Below are positions 1 to 10,991 of a stretch of DNA of 30,691 nucleotides, piece after piece. This DNA is from Macrostomum lignano. Lineage: Eukaryota. The position numbers were made by a program, and so were the translations under genes. The notes under the pieces are model-generated. The model saw only the letters and a program-made list of their open reading frames with translations, was not told the origin of the DNA and ran no database searches. Every line of letters starts with the position of its first letter. Position 1 is the first letter of the stretch. The stretch lies in contig NIVC01004940.1 in the NCBI GenBank assembly GCA_002269645.1, positions 1 to 30,691 of the forward strand, in the 5' to 3' direction.

Positions 1-810
1 CATCTGACACATGCGACAGCATCTGACACAGGGTTGGCAGTATCTGACATAGTTGACAGCATCTGACACATGACGACAGCATCTGACACAGGGGTTACAG
101 TATCTGACATAGCTTGACAGCATCTGACACAGGGGTTGGCAGCATCTGACACAGGGGTTGGCAGTATCTGACATAGCTTGACAGCATCTGACACAGGGGT
201 TGGCAGCATCTGACACAGGGGTTGGCAGTATCTGATATAGCTTGACAGCATCTGACACAGGGGTTGGCAGTATCTGACATAGTTTGACAGCATCTGACAC
301 AGGGGTTGGCAGTATCTGACATAGCTTGACAGCATCTGACACAGGGGTTGGCAGTATCTGACATAGTTTGACAGCATCTGACACAGGGGTTGGCAGTATC
401 TGACATAGCTTGACAGCATCTGACACAGGGGTTGGCAGTATCTGACATAGCTTGACAGCATCTGACACATTGCAGCATCTGACACAGGGGTTGGCAGTAT
501 CTGACATAGCTTGACAGCATCTGACACAGGGGTTGGCAGTATCTGACATAGCTTGACAGCATCTGACACAGGGGTTGGCAGCATCTGACACAGGGGTTGG
601 CAGTATCTGATATAGCTTGACAGCATCTGACACAGGGGTTGGCAGTATCTGACATAGCTTGACAGCATCTGACACAGGGGTTGGCAGTATCTGACATAGT
701 TTGACAGCATCTGACACAGGGGTTGGCACTTGGCAGTGTCTACTTGACATAGTTTGACAGCATCTGACACAGGGGTTGGCAGTATCTGATATAGCTTCAC
801 AGAATCTGAC
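1..810. repeat. 42-bp minisatellite (dimer of related 22+20 bp subunits), truncated by the window start
   Basis: Unit GACAGCATCTGACACAGGGGTT+GGCAGTATCTGACATAGCTT; both halves share CAG(C/T)ATCTGACA. The 14-aa periodicity of ORF 95..697 reflects it. Confidence 0.95.
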
Positions 811-1963
811 ACAGAAAGAGCCAGTATCCAATCCTGATTTTCACAATTTTGGTGAGAAACCTGTGACTGAGCTCAGCTGACTCATTCTGAATCGCATGGA
901 TATTAGGAGTCAGGAGACACCAGCATGTCCTAATCGTGCTAGTACATACAAAAAGTTCTAGTCAGCAAAAATCGCTCCAGATGTGCTTGGTAAATTTGGT
1001 TTGTTTTCCTCTACAACGCACTGTGAGTATGCTTACGCAAAGCTCAACAATTTTGAGATAACAAGCAACTGAACTCATGCATGCCAGTCATGTAGGTGCG
1101 GTGCCGTAGTATACTGAAATTGCGAAATTCGCATTGAAAAAAATAGTCATTCCCTGACATAAATTTAATTCCACAGTCCCCACCCGCGCACTCTGATCTC
1201 TCTTTCTCTCTCTCGATTCAACTCGATCCTTCGGTCAGTTGAGCGATTCGGCGAGCTCAGCTAAACCGAACGCATCGAGCCGCCATGCACTCAGTGCTTG
1301 GTTATCTTTCGGTAGAGCGGTGCAGCCTGTGTATCAGTGTGTGTATGTGTGTGTAGTGCATGTGCCTGTGCGCAGCGATAGCAGCAGTGTAGCTCGCATT
1401 TCCGTGTCTGCGGCTCTGTTATTAAGGCAGGAACAGGCACCGAGGCAACGCATGCCATGCGGACCAGCTAATGCACAATTGCTACACTAATAATTATATT
1501 TCGCGCATGCGACAGATAGACAGACAGCAAAGCAGATAGACAGACAGCAAAGCAGCAAGTCTTTGAATTGGACTGCGAAAAGTGCTAAATGTGGAAGTTC
1601 AGGCGATTTGAATGGCTGCACTTATGTATATCAGCTCGTTTACCCTTAACGCGAAACATATTTATAAATGCGCTCTTCCTTCTCCTGAGAGATTCATTCT
1701 TGGCGGCTCCACCAGTGCGTTCTGCATCGAAAAGCCATAAATAAGGCAGAGAAAATTCTGATTAATTCGAATCGAAGGACTGAGAGTTTTCCGCCTTATC
1801 GGTAGGGCAGTCATGCCGAACAAAGTATATAGCATAGTAAAGCATATATGAATTACTAATGGAGATGTCGTGTGATGCTATTTTTAGAACGTGACGCAGC
1901 CTTCATTTTAGTCATTCGTAATCGTATAAGCAATATCAGTTCGGCCCACCCGTGTCCCTCTAG

Positions 1964-2561
1964 GATTTTGGCAGACGACGGATGTTACAGTTCAGTTTTC
2001 ATCATGTCAATCAACCATACTAAGCGACTTCCTTTGTCCTACGAAGATCGTAAGATCATTTGATGGATGGCTGATTGATCTGCTATGTATGAATCAGTTT
2101 CTTTCAGAATTCCTATCACTGTAATCACCATGACTTTTCTCAGGGCTTCCTGGTGCGTCCGCATGGGAGATGAGCTGAGACTCGACAGGTTGGGAATTTC
2201 ATAAAACCTTCATTTCACATCGCCAAAACTTCAAATAGCCTAATTGCTTAAATTATTAGATATCAGTCCTTACTTCTGCACAATTTGTCTCAGGGTTTGT
2301 CTCAGTGGTTCGTACATGCGATTTCATGATGTTAACGTTTTTAGGCATTTAGGCGATGTGAACTTCAGTTCCAACGAGTGCGACAGCTGGCTGGGTCGTC
2401 TAAAGTTTCGGCGACTTGAAAATTTAGATCTTGAGATCTGTGAAAGCGCCCCCGACTCCGAGGTGGCTTGTAGACTTGTAGTGGCATGGAAAAAATGGTT
2501 AGAAAGAACAGATCGTGACTCATCGGCTCTGGTCCTGCATTGGGCGCAACAGAAAATTTGA
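1964..2561 (+). other. Possible cluster of small exons of an unidentified gene
   Basis: AG/GT-bounded open segments at 1964-2049 (donor GTAAGA), 2144-2188 and 2306 onward. The last two join in phase 2 (..MGDELRLD-S-GSYMRFHDVNVFRHLG..); the first junction is out of phase. No family recognised. Confidence 0.2.
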
Positions 2562-3802
2562 GGCAAAAAGGGGGGCGAGTGCATGCAACAAAGAGTGGTA
2601 AGGTGTGGTGACAAGACTTTACAAGACTTTACCACCGTTCGTGTGGGCCGAGTTATATGTGAGCAAGAGAAGCAATAAAATGGCAAAATGTTGGCTTCAT
2701 CACAAAAAACCCGGGGGCACAAGGAGGATGCAAAGTTCCAATAATTGGGCCCCGACGTTGCGTCAGCTGAAAATTTCTTTACGAAAGCAGCCAGATTTCT
2801 TCAACTATATAAAATGCGAGCTTCATTTCTGTAATTTCATTCCTTTACTTTCCTACAGAAAAGTAAAGCTGCAGAGACTACAGGATTGGTGGAGGTTGGA
2901 ACTTGGAAGGTTGGAACTTGCCAGTTCCCCCCTCCACGACTGGCTTTCCATTAGAAGCAATTTGCAGCCTCCGCGGTGGGGAGGCTGGTCAAGGCGGGAC
3001 CCGATTTTCAGACTCCGCCGACCCAGTTTGCGCCCCCCCCCCTACGACTGCCTATGGTTTCTGTTCGAGGAAGCATTGTTGCTACACCGGCCTGCCCCAC
3101 TGCCTGCACCTGCGCTGCAGCCAGCGCAATTGCTGCATGCGCAGGTTAATGGCTAGCTTCAGATTTTTTACCTTCCTTTTACTCCGCCCGAATATTGACG
3201 GTCTCTTCTTTTTTCATGTCTTCCTCAATATTCCTTAATTACTAGCGAGATCTCTTATCGAAGGGAATAAATATCCCAGAGTATGCTGTATTAGAAGTCA
3301 GTTTACATTCATATAAGTTAGGCCATTCGAGAAACGTTAAGGCCAACTGCCCAGACAGAGCCCAAGCTGTCGGGACTCCAAAGCTTTGTGCGGATTCGGA
3401 CCTTCGCAAGACGTGAAGCGCAATTAGTCAGCAGTTCGGACAAAGACTCTCCCAATTTCTGTTTGTATACCGCCCCCTGTCTTCCCATTTATAGGAAGAA
3501 AATTCTGTTAGAAATTTAGCTGGCCCCGAACTGGGGCACAAGAGTCACGTGTTTGTTCAGGCGCGAGGAACGCTGCGGAGGGTTGGGCGGGCGCCTACAG
3601 GCTTTGTTTCAAATAAGATCTCTAAGTCAAGGACAACTCGAGCTAGAAATCGGGATAGGAAGGAAGCATAGGTTGATGATGCCCCAGTTACGCGGAAGAG
3701 AAACGTGTTGACAGAAAATTTTGCACATACAAAGTATATTCATCATGTGTGATAGCGTTCTTAATTTTTTTCCATCTCTTGTCCTCGGGCTTTCACTACT
3801 CA

Positions 3803-4325
3803 TCATCCCAATTCCCTTCATCTCAGCTCCCTTCATTTCAGCTCCCTTCATCTCAACTCCCTTCATCTCAGCTCCCTTCATTTCAGCTCCCTTCATCTCA
3901 ACTCCCTTCATCTCAGCTCCCTTCATCTCAGCTCCCTTCATCTCAGCTCCCTTCATCTCAGCTCCCTTCATCTCAGCTCCCTTCATCTCAGCTCCCTTCA
4001 TCTCAGCTCCCTTCATCTCAGCTCCCTTCATCTCAGCTCCCTTCATCTCAGCTCCCTTCATCTCAGCTCCCTTCATCTCACCTCATTCATCTCAGCTCCC
4101 TTCATCTCAGCTCCCTTCATCTCAGCTCCCTTCATCTCAGCTCCCTTCATCTCAGCTCCCTTCATCTCAGCTCCCTTCATCTCAGCTCCCTTCATCTCAG
4201 CTCCCTTCATCTCACCTCATTCATCTCACCTCCCTTCACCTCACTTCCCTTTATCTCACCTCACTTCCCTTCATCTCACCTTCCTTCCCTTCATCTCACC
4301 TTCCTTCCCTTCATCTCACCTTCCT
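3803..4325. repeat. 15-bp minisatellite with degenerate right edge
   Basis: Unit CAGCTCCCTTCATCT repeated about 30 times, decaying into a CT-rich tract. Confidence 0.95.
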
Positions 4326-5382
4326 TCTTCCCATATCTGCAGCGAGAGTTCCAAAACTGGGTCTTTGTCGCTCCTTCTTCGATGCCCCCTCAGCCAGCTA
4401 GTGCGATTCTATAGGAAGTTCGCATCCCAAATATTTCCGTGGATTTCTCCCAATCCAAAGTCCCGAATGGGATTTTTCCGGGAGGGCTGCTCCTGCTTTG
4501 GGATTTGCTTGAACTAGGGGGAGCACGGGCTTCACTATATTCATGGGGGATGTGGCGGGCTGCTGGCGATGACTCATCAGCCATCGCAATTGGCGCTTTC
4601 ATTTCTTCCCCTCGTATTTTCTTCCCCCAAAAATCCTCGCGCCGATCGAAACGGGCAAATTCCAAAATCGAACTCCACGATGGGGAAGAGAGATGGGGGG
4701 TTGGGCGTGGAGGCGGAATGAGGCTGTCGGGTCAACCGGAGTTCAAGGCTGCGGCCGCTGCGCTCCCGCCACTGGCTGCTTTCTCCTGTCGTCTCTCTTA
4801 TTTTGATCTTCATCTCCCAGCCTCCCAGTCCTTTAGCCCATGGCCCGCATACCCGAAGGCTTCCCCAAAACTGTGTCCTCGCCGCCCGCCAGGCACTGCA
4901 GGTGTCACTCTATGCCCGTCCCCCCGAGCCAGCTAAGCAGACGGGCTGCCTCCCACACAATGCCAGGCCTTCCTTGCCCAGATCTTCTCCCTAACTCTCT
5001 TCTCTCTCTTCTAGGGCCTCTGGCTGAATGGGGGGGGGGGATTACGTAACCCCGCAGCGAAGTGGGACCCGCGCCAGCCCCCCCGCCAGTCCTTCAATTC
5101 CACGGCGTCATGTGACACTGTTCAGCAGCTCTCCCCTCGTCCTCTCGGCTCTGCGTGCCTCCTCCAATGCGCCCTTGAACTGCCCGTCCGCTCTTCCCAA
5201 CTTGGCTTCCCAATTCTGGCACTAACTTCGACCGAATTTCCCACAGCTCATTTAGACTGGGGGTCGGGAAAAGTGCGCAGGCACTGAGACAGCGATGGTG
5301 GCCTGGAAATATCCTTCCTGGAAGAATCCTTGGAAAATCTGTCATTTTGCCGGCTTAGGTAATAATACTATAACAATTGATT

Positions 5383-5665
5383 ACACCGCCCTAGTAGGCA
5401 GATGTGCAACCGACAGCTCAGCCGCAGCTATTGCGCGGCGCATCTGAAGGCTGCGTACGGCTGTTCAGTCCAAGGACTGGGGGGTCGCCACACACACCCT
5501 CAATTACCCCAGCTAATGCTGGCACCCATTTTACAGCTGGGTGAACTGAAGCAATGCAGAGTTAAGTGTCTTGCTCAAGGACACAAATTGTTTCAAAAGG
5601 GATCGGGAATCGAACCCCCGACCTTCAGATGAGTCCGACGCTCTGATCACTAGGCTACAACCGCC
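5383..5665 (-). mobile_element. tRNA-derived SINE with CORE/V-like central domain, copy 1
   Basis: Minus strand: A-box-like TAGCCTAGTGA (5657-5647), B-box GGTTCGATTCC (5616-5606), then GTGTCCTTGAGCAAGACACTTAACTCTGCATTGCTTCAGTTCACCCAGCTGTAAAATGGG, which resembles the MIR CORE consensus. Second copy at 21003-21280. Confidence 0.85.
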
Positions 5666-6673
5666 TCTGGCTGAGATGGCTGAGCAAACAAAAATTATTT
5701 TCTATCATTGTTATTTTCTGTTATTCTTTTACCAGCAACACCAGGAGAAGGGCACAGAATGTATAGCTGGTGGCGGCTGATGAATTTTCGGTTGGGAATA
5801 CTAATTTTAGCGAGTTCAGTTGGAAACTCAGGTATTAATAGAACGGCATAACGAGCCTTTAAAGCCAAAACGGGCGTAAAGGAAGAAGTAAAATTAGCAA
5901 CAGTTTTATGACTTCTTCGCTTTGTCAGCATCAAGATTCGGCTTCGATGCTTCAAACAAACGGAACTGAGGTTGGGGGATATATATAAACACGAATCCTA
6001 AATGCCTCCAAAAGCCTGCCTGGCAACATGAAATTAAGGTGGGGCGTCTGTCTTTGTCGTGGAGTCGCAACCAGCAACTTATTCATCTAAGTCGACGGGG
6101 TATTTTTAGCCAAGCACAAAATTTCCCAAAGTGTACGCTGGTATACGCAAGGATTTTAATTATATCTGATTTAAAATCCGAGTGGTTTGCGACCCCCTCC
6201 CATGCCCTGAATTTGTATCTGGCAAATCGCCAAACTAATGGGGGGCTTGAAATCTTGTGAAATCAGAGCCGGGCCCCAGTGCAGTTTTGCAGTTGCTATT
6301 TCTCTCCTCTCCGCTTTCTGATTAAAGAAGAGTTCCTTCGTTACTCAGCCCCGCCGCCCATTCTCATTGAGGCAATTTCGATACAGTCCTGCTTGAACTC
6401 TCTAACCCCGTATTATTTAATAAGCCCGCGAGCAAACGGCCGACCCAGAAGGAGGACGCGACGCGATGCTTCCGCAGCTTTTCTGCTTTTCAAAAGATTT
6501 GCATTCCGTCTTATTTTTTACTCCCATTTTTCTCGCAGTCTTTTGAAGGCATTTCCGACTTGTTTTTTAGTAAAGGTATAAAAACCGGTTGCGTGCCTAA
6601 TTATATTCAGGACACATTCTGCTTCTTCATACCCCCAATCGAACTGAAGAGTTTTCTCAAACCTTTATGCAGC

Positions 6674-6942
6674 GTTGTGAAACTTCAAGGTTGTGAAAAT
6701 TTGGGGTTGTGAAACTTTGGGATTGTGAAACTTTGGGGTTGTGAAACTTTGGGGTTGTGAAACTTTGGGGTTGTGAAACTTTGGGGCTGTGAAAATTTGG
6801 GGTTGTGAAACTTTGGGGTTGTGAAACTTTGGTTTTGTTAAGTTTATGGATTTAAAAATTTCAGTATTGTAAAATTCTGTGGTTATATACTCGTATTGTG
6901 GGGTTTATGAATTCTGGGGGTTGTGAAACTTGGGAATTGTGA
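6674..6942. repeat. 16-bp G-rich minisatellite
   Basis: Unit GTTGTGAAACTTTGGG, about 10 good copies, then degenerate. Confidence 0.9.
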
Positions 6943-7996
6943 ATTCAATATCTGAATATTGAGGCTGTGCAACTTGCAGGCCGATACTCAGTTCAGCTGA
7001 ATTGGCTACTCGATCATCAATCGATTATAAAAAGCAGGTGCAGGATCCCCTCTGCAGGCAGCACAGACCCGGGGCTGCTGGGATAACCGATGGGGACCCA
7101 AAGATAGATGGCATTTCCCTCTAATATTGGCTGTTCGGCGGGACGGCAATTATCCACGATCCTCGAACACACAGAGAAGCCCGGCCCATCTGTCGCAGGG
7201 ATATTTTAATGAATTTCTTTCGACTCATTCGGCTCTAACCCCAACCCCAGATAGGGGTGGGGGGCAGCCTTTGTTCTCCAGTTCAATCCAGTTTTAATAA
7301 GCGCACTGCGATTAAAAGCCAATCACGAATTTTCCTTTAAAAATTCTGACAGCCTACTTAAAGTAGTGCTAAAAGAATTTTAGTTCGCGTTCGAATGAAT
7401 AGAGAAAAATGCAATGGTTAAAAAGTACACTGTGCTATAACTTGCTGCAAAACTGCACGCTTTTCTAACAGTAAAATCAATATTTTTAGCAGCCTATCTA
7501 TTAAAAGCATTCTGCTTGGAAAAGTACAAACTAAAGTAATAAAGTACACAGGCATACTTAAAATGGGCGACTTCATTTCACTACTATCTGGGCCATTGCT
7601 TATAACACTTAAGCCAATTCCATGATCGCTAACTACACGTTTGACAGCAGATTTAACAATTTCTGATGTACTTTACCGATTGCTGATGTACTTTAAAAGC
7701 AAATTCTTGCTTTTGTGTTTTCCCAGACACTTACTTTGAGAAACGCGTGCAGACTTGTAGATATGACTCACAAGGCCCACATCGTACCAGCAAGAAATTG
7801 GCCCGTATGGTTGAGCTACGAACTAAACCCTTCTCATAGTAAGCTTTGAAAGAACGGCTAACATGGCGACTCCTAATTATCGGCCTTGGGACCACAGTAA
7901 CCCGCTAATGCTACTCAGACCCTAACGAACTCTGCGCACTGACAAAAACAGCAATGGCAGTCTCTCCGATCAGCACCATTCAAGCCCGTCTGTCCG

Positions 7997-8596
7997 TCAT
8001 CTCTGCTGGTCGCCCATCCGGCCGCCGCCGACGCAGCCGCCGGCGCCGCCGCTTCCTCCGATCGGCACAACGTCGACATTGAGGCCCCGCCGGCCGCAGG
8101 CGATGCAGCGGTGCTCGTGCACCGGCGGCGCGGGCGGCAGGTTCAGGCCAACCACCTGGGTCTGGCCGTTGCAGTTCGGCAGCAGGGTGCCCGCGGGCGG
8201 TCGCCAGCCGGCGCCAGACGCCGAAGTCGACGACGACAAAGCGGCGGCGGTCGCAGCGGCTCCACCCGACGCCGCCATGGTGTCCTGAACCTGCGGCCGC
8301 ATGTCACCAACCCAGACATGCAGCTGGAGGCCGGCGTTGGTGTACAGGGTGGTCCAGCCCAGCGGCGGCGGCACATAAGCGATGCTGCAGCCCAGAGGCC
8401 CAGGTGGATCCCGGACGTCCCACAGCAGCAGGCCGGGGAAGGGCCGCAGCATCCGCTCGCCGGGGTACAGATTGGCCTCCAGCGGGTAGAAATTGTGCAG
8501 AGCCCCGGCCGAGGCGGCCCGCTCGACCTCGTCGCTCTCGCACATCTCATCGTCGAGGCTGGCGCACCAGCAGTCCGGTTGAGTGAAGTGCGCCAT
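7997..8596 (-). CDS. Single-exon hypothetical protein (~199 aa from MAHFTQPDCW), function unknown
   Basis: Open frame with strong G/C third positions (GAC TGC TGG TGC GCC AGC CTC GAC...) like the TRP exons. An in-frame upstream ATG at 8710 overlaps the CCATAGAC motif and precedes codons that look less coding-like. Confidence 0.55.
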   Translation of the reverse strand: MAHFTQPDCWCASLDDEMCESDEVERAASAGALHNFYPLEANLYPGERMLRPFPGLLLWDVRDPPGPLGCSIAYVPPPLGWTTLYTNAGLQLHVWVGDMRPQVQDTMAASGGAAATAAALSSSTSASGAGWRPPAGTLLPNCNGQTQVVGLNLPPAPPVHEHRCIACGRRGLNVDVVPIGGSGGAGGCVGGGRMGDQQR

Positions 8597-8650
8597 GGGG
8601 ACGGTGCGGTGATGGGCTGGCTGTTGATGACTGTTAGGATTCTTGAACGC

Positions 8651-10288
8651 TAACGAGTGCGTCATTGGCAAAAGCACGAGTGCGCGAAGCGCACGAGTGC
8701 TCTTTGCCATAGACGCACGAGTTGGCGTGCATGAATCTCATTCTTATTTGATTCTTTCATTTTACATTCTGCCCAAAAAAGGTTATAATTGATATTACTA
8801 TAGACATTACCCGCTGCTAGCGGGGGTGCGGGGGCAGAGCCCCCGCTGGGGGCGTGGGGGCGAACCCCCCACATTTTAACCATAGACAAAATCAATCTTG
8901 CACGCTGGAGATGGTGAGGGGAGGGGTAACGAAAGGAGATTACAATTGAAAGCTAGTTGCCACTATAAAAACAAAGCAATGGTTTGTTTCGCCATATTAT
9001 GAAGTTGCGAGCGATTGACATAATAAATGATAAAGCCTTTCATGCCGCCAATCTTACCATGAAGAGCATTTGCAACGCTTTCCTTCGATCTGGAGGAAGA
9101 GTGAAGCACTACGATGCTATTGAGAGTGACGACCTGAAGAAGCTCGGTAAATACTTCGATCGGTCGAATCCGGTGCGTCTTCAAGAGGAAGTATACTTTA
9201 ACATCATTTATTACTATGGGAATAGAGGCCGTGAATGGTTGCGTGGTTTGAGGTTTGATCGGTTTTGTGAGAAGCGGCTCGCCAATGGACTCTACGCGAT
9301 TGAGCTTGTTCAGGGAGATTCAAAGAATCTACATGGTTCTACCAGCGTCGCCGTCATGGTTGACAACAAGCAAGCGTTGATGGTGTCAAAGGGAGATTCT
9401 GCCAAATGCCCAGTTGAGGCGTTCAGACTGTACAAGCAAAAGGTCACCGAAGTTGAAGGATGGAACGGAGTGGACTTCTTTCTGCGACCAAACGCTAACT
9501 TTCGTTCATCTGGTAAGTGGTACAGCAAGAGTGCAGTAGGAGTCAACACCCTTGGGCCTCTGATGAAGAAAATTTCTACGTCCGCCGGATTGTCCAAGCC
9601 ATACACTGCGCATTGTGTGCGTGCAACTGTAATCACAGAACTTCACGACGCTGGATTTAATGTCGAAACTATCGCTAAAGTGACTGGCCACAAGCGAGGT
9701 GCATCCGTCGAGCGCTACATTCGACGCGGGAATAAACGCGAACAAGCGATTTGTGCTATGAGCCATCAACTAACGGCTGCCGTGGAGGTGGCTACTACGG
9801 CCGACCCTCAAGTTGTACGCAGTGAGGCAAGTGACCCAGTTGACGTGATCAACGATCCTACGTCGGGCTCGGTGCGCTGTGTGCGAGTTATTCCGGAAAA
9901 TCGGAAGAATTTGAAGATTAGAGCCAATGGTGACACCAACGTCATTGAATTTGTATTTGAGTAGCATCTGATCGCAAGCGAAAAACTAGTAATGATATTA
10001 ACCAATTTTCACTCGTTATTTTCTTGTTGTCTAAAAATAAAGTGCAATCCTGCACGTAAGATGCATTAGACCTAAAGGATAATTTGCCATAGACAACATC
10101 AATTCTGCACGCTTGGGCGTGCCAGATCAGCAATCCTGCACGCAGAATCAAATAAGAATGATCTGTTTGAGTCCTTTCTCAGATCTGATTGCACTCGTTG
10201 GTCAGACAAACGACTGAATCGATACTTTCTAGCGAATATAAGACCTACGCGACATATTAGGGAAATTGGAACAGCACTTTGTCTATGG
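8651..10288 (+). mobile_element. Crypton-like tyrosine-recombinase DNA element (boundaries uncertain)
   Basis: YR ORF with no RT/RNase H nearby. Flanked by CCATAGAC at 8707, 8880, 10087 (+) and 10281 (-); 24/27-nt direct repeat 8880-8906/10087-10113; perfect 17-bp inverted repeat 8739-8755/10144-10160; ACGAGTG motifs on + at left and on - at right. Confidence 0.7.
8999..9964 (+). CDS. Tyrosine recombinase, Crypton/DUF3504 (CryptonA-like) family; probably N-terminally incomplete
   Basis: Catalytic set present: R (YYGNRGREW), K (DSKN), HxxR (YTAHCVRAT), H (VTGHK), Y (SVERY). IDIINDKAFHAAN and PVRLQEEVYFNI resemble the DUF3504 pattern. AATAAA at 10036-10041. Confidence 0.9.
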   Translation: MKLRAIDIINDKAFHAANLTMKSICNAFLRSGGRVKHYDAIESDDLKKLGKYFDRSNPVRLQEEVYFNIIYYYGNRGREWLRGLRFDRFCEKRLANGLYAIELVQGDSKNLHGSTSVAVMVDNKQALMVSKGDSAKCPVEAFRLYKQKVTEVEGWNGVDFFLRPNANFRSSGKWYSKSAVGVNTLGPLMKKISTSAGLSKPYTAHCVRATVITELHDAGFNVETIAKVTGHKRGASVERYIRRGNKREQAICAMSHQLTAAVEVATTADPQVVRSEASDPVDVINDPTSGSVRCVRVIPENRKNLKIRANGDTNVIEFVFE

Positions 10289-10384
10289 GATAAAAGTAAG
10301 TTCCGCCAAATATAAAGCTGATACTATAGTCCGGGTGACGTTTGAAAAATAGTAAGCAAAACAAAGCGATATGATGGGGAGACA

Positions 10385-10820
10385 ATGAAGCTGGATGACG
10401 AGACAGCGGAGCTCGATGGGGAGACAGCAGAGCTCGATGGGGAGACAGCGGAGCTCGATGGGGAGACAGCGGAGCTCGGTGGGCAGACAGCGGAGCTCGA
10501 TGGGGAGACAGCGGAGCTCGATGGGGAGACAGCGGAGCTCGATGGGGAGACAGCGGAGCTCGATGGGGAGACAGCGGAGCTCGATGGGGAGAAGGGGAAA
10601 TCGGTGAGGAGACAGCGGAGCTCGACAAGAAGAAGGGGAGCTCGATAGGGAGTCAGCGGAGCTCGATGGGGAGAAGGGGAAATCGGTGAGGAGACAGCGG
10701 AGCTCGACAAGAAGAAGGGGAGCTCGATGGGGAGTCAGCGGAGCTCGACAAGGAGAAGGGGAGCTCGATGAGGGGACAGCGGAGCTCGGTGGGCAGACAG
10801 CGGAGCTCGATGGGGAGACA
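10385..10820. repeat. 21-bp minisatellite with an ~81-bp higher-order duplication at its right end
   Basis: Unit GAGCTCGATGGGGAGACAGCG; the 7-aa periodic ORFs here (ELDGETA) are by-products. Confidence 0.95.
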
Positions 10821-10991
10821 AAGCCAGTCTGGCAAGTAAAAATTTAACAGTGCAGGCTGCTGTTGCTGGAAGTGCTGTGATTGGCCCGCGCAAAAGACTT
10901 GTAGCAGTGCATATCATGTCGGCGCTCCGTCTTCTCTGCCAGCTATTTGAAGCAGCAGAAGGCAGTGCAGACCCAGCCGTATCGCATTATC

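Noticed and set aside
95-697. 200-aa Cys-rich ORF, and the other periodic ORFs at 3627-4414, 10257-10835, 13892-14417 (repeat part), 16703-17319, 24481-24997, 27154-27850, 28591-29285 and 29769-30250
   Set aside because: Translations of stop-free tandem repeats, with periodicity equal to the repeat unit and no independent coding signal.
1255-1320. miR-9-like stretch (TTGGTTATCT) with a weak upstream complement
   Set aside because: Only ~10 nt match, the seed is not intact and the hairpin pairs poorly.
5031-5053. Imperfect palindrome around TTACGTAA after a G-run
   Set aside because: A single short motif with no supporting context.
4390-5345. Short ORFs and a possible element in the GC-moderate block
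   Set aside because: No recognisable domain, consistent codon bias, terminal repeats or splice pattern.
6674-6942. Interstitial telomere
   Set aside because: Contains TTTGGGG but not tandem TTAGGG; it is a 16-bp minisatellite.
7420-7695. AAAGTAC-rich region with a 13-bp direct repeat (7663-7675/7683-7695), possibly transposon subterminal repeats
   Set aside because: No terminal inverted repeat or target duplication could be identified by eye.
8999-9964. Phage/bacterial integrase, or a DIRS/Ngaro retroelement
   Set aside because: Motifs match the eukaryotic DUF3504/Crypton pattern, the context is intron-containing DNA, and no gag, RT or RNase H ORF is nearby.
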